Assembly (NCBI GenBank): GCA_019358935.1
Contig: JAHHIK010000013.1
Coordinates: 38,007 to 102,006, forward strand
DNA: 64,000 nt
Direction: 5' to 3'
Source: Tolypothrix carrinoi HA7290-LM1
GTDB lineage: Bacteria > Cyanobacteriota > Cyanobacteriia > Cyanobacteriales > Nostocaceae
Made by a program: the position numbers and the translations under genes
Shown: piece after piece, positions 61,540 through 64,000 of the stretch
Layout: every line of letters begins with the position of its first letter
How positions within the stretch are numbered: the first letter of the stretch is position 1
Notes under the pieces: model-generated
What the model saw: the letters and a program-made list of their open reading frames with translations, nothing else
Databases searched by the model: none
What the model was told of the DNA's origin: nothing

Positions 61540-61900
61540 TCAAACATGCGGAAAATACCAAAATGAATGCGTGAACTACTGAAATGAGAAAGCATTCAAG
61601 CATTTTGAGAAAGCAATATGCCATTTTGCTTGCGGAAAACACCAAAATGAGAAAGCATTCAAGCATTTTGAGAAAGTAATATGCCATTTTGCTTGCGGAA
61701 AACACCAAAATGAGAAAGCATTCAAGCATTTTGAGAAAGTAATATGCCATTTTGCTTGCGGAAAACACCAAAATGAGAAAGCATTCAAGCATTTTGAAAA
61801 AGCAATATGCCTTTTTGCTTGCGGAAAACACCAAAATGAATAAGTGAATTACTCAAATGAGAAAGCATTCAAGCATATTGAGATGATCGCAAACCGTTGA
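61540..61900. repeat. 63-bp tandem repeat (4 near-identical copies from 61582) built of 21-bp subunits
   Basis: AAATGAGAAAGCATTCAAGCA-TTTTGAGAAAGYAATATGCCA-TTTTGCTTGCGGAAAACACCA at 61582, 61645, 61708, 61771. Confidence 0.9.
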
Positions 61901-61925
61901 GATGAAAAAAACTGCGAATATCGTA

Positions 61926-62801
61926 TTAACTAAATAAACGCCCCCAAAAACCCTTGTTCTTATTCCTAATAGTCTCTAAGTTTTCACGAAACAGCGTACT
62001 ACTAGGATCGAGACGAACAGCTATTTCCAGTTCGGCGATCGCTTCATCTAGTTTGCCTTGATCGTCCAGCGCAATCCCCAGGTTATTGTGAGCATCTGCA
62101 TCGTTTGGGTCGATTTGCAAGGCTTTTTGGTAAGAGGCGATCGCTTCATCTAGTTTGACTTGATCGGACAGCGCATTCCCCAGGTTATAGTGAGCGAGTA
62201 CAGAGTTCGGGTCAAGACTGAGGACTGCTTTGTATTTGAGGACTGCTTCTGAGAAGTTTTTATCTTCGCGTAAGCGATCTGCTTCGTTGATCAAGCTTGT
62301 GACTTGATATTGGCGCTCGTCTAGTTCTTGTCGAGTTTGTTTAGGGGGTGAGTAATTCGAGTTAGCAACTAATCGCTTAACCTCCTCCCGAATTCCCTTA
62401 ACAACTTCTAAAAATGCCTCATCTCGGTCATTCCAGCTTTTTATCGGTTTGCGATTACTAGGCAGGGGTGACAATTTATTAATGGGAGGAGTTTCCCAAT
62501 CCGCATAACGCAGTAACACCGGGATAACACTAGCCTTTCCTGCTGCATTCTGCTCTAATGCTCGTGTAATTTCAACTGTCCAATGATAATCTGAAGCAAT
62601 GAAATCTGGACTCACCAACAACAGAATTAGCCCAGCTTGGTTGAGAGACTTATTAATTTCACCTTTGAATTCTTGCCCTGCAACGATTTGGCGATCGCTC
62701 CAACTTGCAATAGTTTTTTCCCACTTCAAAGAAGCTAGATGCTTCTCTAACTCTTTGCGTAAGTCCTCATCCTTCTGGTGGTAAGAAATAAAAACTCTGC
62801 G
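61926..62801 (-). CDS. TIR-domain plus TPR protein; original start codon apparently lost
   Basis: Frame reads VFISYHQKDE..WSDRQI..LLVSPDFIASDY..VEI..VIPVLLR then TPRs; in-frame TGA at 62802-62804. Confidence 0.75.
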   Translation of the reverse strand, partial: RRVFISYHQKDEDLRKELEKHLASLKWEKTIASWSDRQIVAGQEFKGEINKSLNQAGLILLLVSPDFIASDYHWTVEITRALEQNAAGKASVIPVLLRYADWETPPINKLSPLPSNRKPIKSWNDRDEAFLEVVKGIREEVKRLVANSNYSPPKQTRQELDERQYQVTSLINEADRLREDKNFSEAVLKYKAVLSLDPNSVLAHYNLGNALSDQVKLDEAIASYQKALQIDPNDADAHNNLGIALDDQGKLDEAIAELEIAVRLDPSSTLFRENLETIRNKNKGFWGRLFS

Positions 62802-63075
62802 TCACTCTGCGCTTACCTCCGTGCTCCTCTGCGTTTAAAAACATGTTCATATTAATGAAATGCTGTACTTAGTACAGTGTTGTGTAAAATTGTAGCGTTT
62901 TTAAATGCACAAGCAATGCATCGGGATGCATAAGCAATACCCACAGAAAAATCAAAGTTCCACCAAACTCATAATTATCGTGTTTTCAGCTACAGTTAAC
63001 TGCTAAGAAAATAAGCAACAATAAAAATCAAAACTTGAGACGTGCAGCTTTGTCTGTAAATCATGCTGCTGTTTA

Positions 63076-63857
63076 ATGAAACCCCGAATCATTGTTTGTA
63101 ACTTAGGACGTACCGGATATAAAGTCTTTCGCTTGCTCAGACAGCAGGGAGCGTTAGTTGTTGGTATTCATCACCAACTTATCCCTGGCGAAGCAGCAGG
63201 AGATATAATTATTGGCGAATTACATGCTGCTAGTACCCTGACAGCAGCGGGAATTCAGCAAGCACACACGAAGAGTGATAGCTGGTTCTGACGATGCTGT
63301 GAATTTATCAATTATGATGCAAGCGCGGGTGTTAAATCCGCGTATTCGGATTATCAACCGCTTTTTTGAAGAAAGGCAGAGGGCAGGAGGCAGCTATGCT
63401 GAAGGAGCAGTCGGATGGGGATTCAAACCCCAACCGATTGAATCCACCGTGTAGACGGTGGGGTTTTATACCCAGTTGGCTCCAGCCAGAAGGCTGAATC
63501 AAAGACATAATTTATACCTTCTGCCCTCTGCCCTCTGCCTTCTGCCTTCCGCCGAAGGCGGATAATACAAACTTAGGCGATCGCCTAGATCAAGCTTTGC
63601 CAAATCATGTGAGTATGAGTGTTGTCAAATTAGCAGCACCAGTATTCACGTTTGCAGCACTAGGAAATCAAGCGATCGGACAAATTAAATTATTTCAGCA
63701 AACTTGGCTGATCCGTGAAGAATATATTGATGAAAATCACCCTTTGGAGGGATGTAAGTTAAGTGATTTGTGGGAAGACTTATCACGAATGCTGATTTAT
63801 TACCAGCCAGTCGAAGGTGAGAGAAATTTGGTATCTGCGGTAGTTTCTGGACAAGAA
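63076..63857 (+). pseudogene. TrkA/RCK-domain potassium channel family gene, disrupted
   Basis: IIVCNLGRTG, AAGIQQA; frameshift near 63271; 196-bp insertion at 63366-63561; truncated by IS sequence. Confidence 0.8.
63366..63561 (-). mobile_element. 196-bp MITE/PATE-like insertion
   Basis: Its removal restores ...NRFYNTNLGDRLD...; same family as 36678-36914. Confidence 0.7.
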
Positions 63858-63874
63858 GTGACATCTCCTACACT

Positions 63875-64000
63875 AGACCTCTTGCAAAAGTCCCAAATAC
63901 GTGGGACAAATTAGGTGAGAGTTGGGTAGTATTGATGACCTACGAACAAGTAAAGAGCTTAAAGCCAGAAGACTTTAAACGCTTGTGTGGTGTACGTCTG
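63875..64000 (+). mobile_element. IS5-family-like (IS702/ISL2-type) element: left end and transposase start (ATG 63935), runs off window
   Basis: AGACCTCTTGCAAAAGT end; MTYEQVKSLKPEDFKRLCGVR N-terminus. Confidence 0.7.

Noticed and set aside
61540..61900. CRISPR array
   Set aside because: Units are near-identical end to end, with no unique spacers and no cas genes in the window.
24960..63280. Recurrent odd 2-3-nt substitutions resembling micro-inversions (e.g. VRSSL, FTLSQVR, NFSEA)
   Set aside because: Depends on remembered ortholog residues and cannot be supported without alignments.
1..64000. tRNA/rRNA genes or prophage
   Set aside because: No cloverleaf or rRNA signature and no integrase or phage structural genes were seen.

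Overview
64-kb window from a heterocyst-forming (Nostocales-type) cyanobacterium, judged from dense HIP1 GCGATCGC octamers, heptameric STRR arrays and psb29/psbQ/ndhS/cpcT. The first ~16 kb is core housekeeping (exbBD, psb29, cpcT, STAS, hemF, mrp, rodA, ndhS, HAS-barrel, antiporter, UDP-GlcA decarboxylase and ugd). After that come accessory redox and metabolic genes, a complete TnpA-less IS200/IS605 (TnpB) element, a GH63 hydrolase, an amino-acid ABC transporter, an M16 peptidase, psbQ and hemJ. A Ser/Thr-His kinase is split by two in-frame TAA stops. A redox/signalling cluster follows (REC-fused TrxR-like flavoprotein lacking CxxC, two cNMP histidine kinases, a stand-alone UBP zinc finger), interrupted by a duplicated VapBC cassette. 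The window ends in a decaying AT-rich region. The most notable non-coding signals are: two homologous ~75-nt Yfr1-like small RNA candidates bracketing a nuclease and peptidoglycan-binding gene pair, with a further ~140-nt structured element beside them; a family of 45-nt structure-conserved, nesting micro-elements; in-frame 21/24-nt insertions into HIP1 sites; and a MITE with TTAT target and TTCAA end. All family assignments come from motif recognition by eye; no database search was run.
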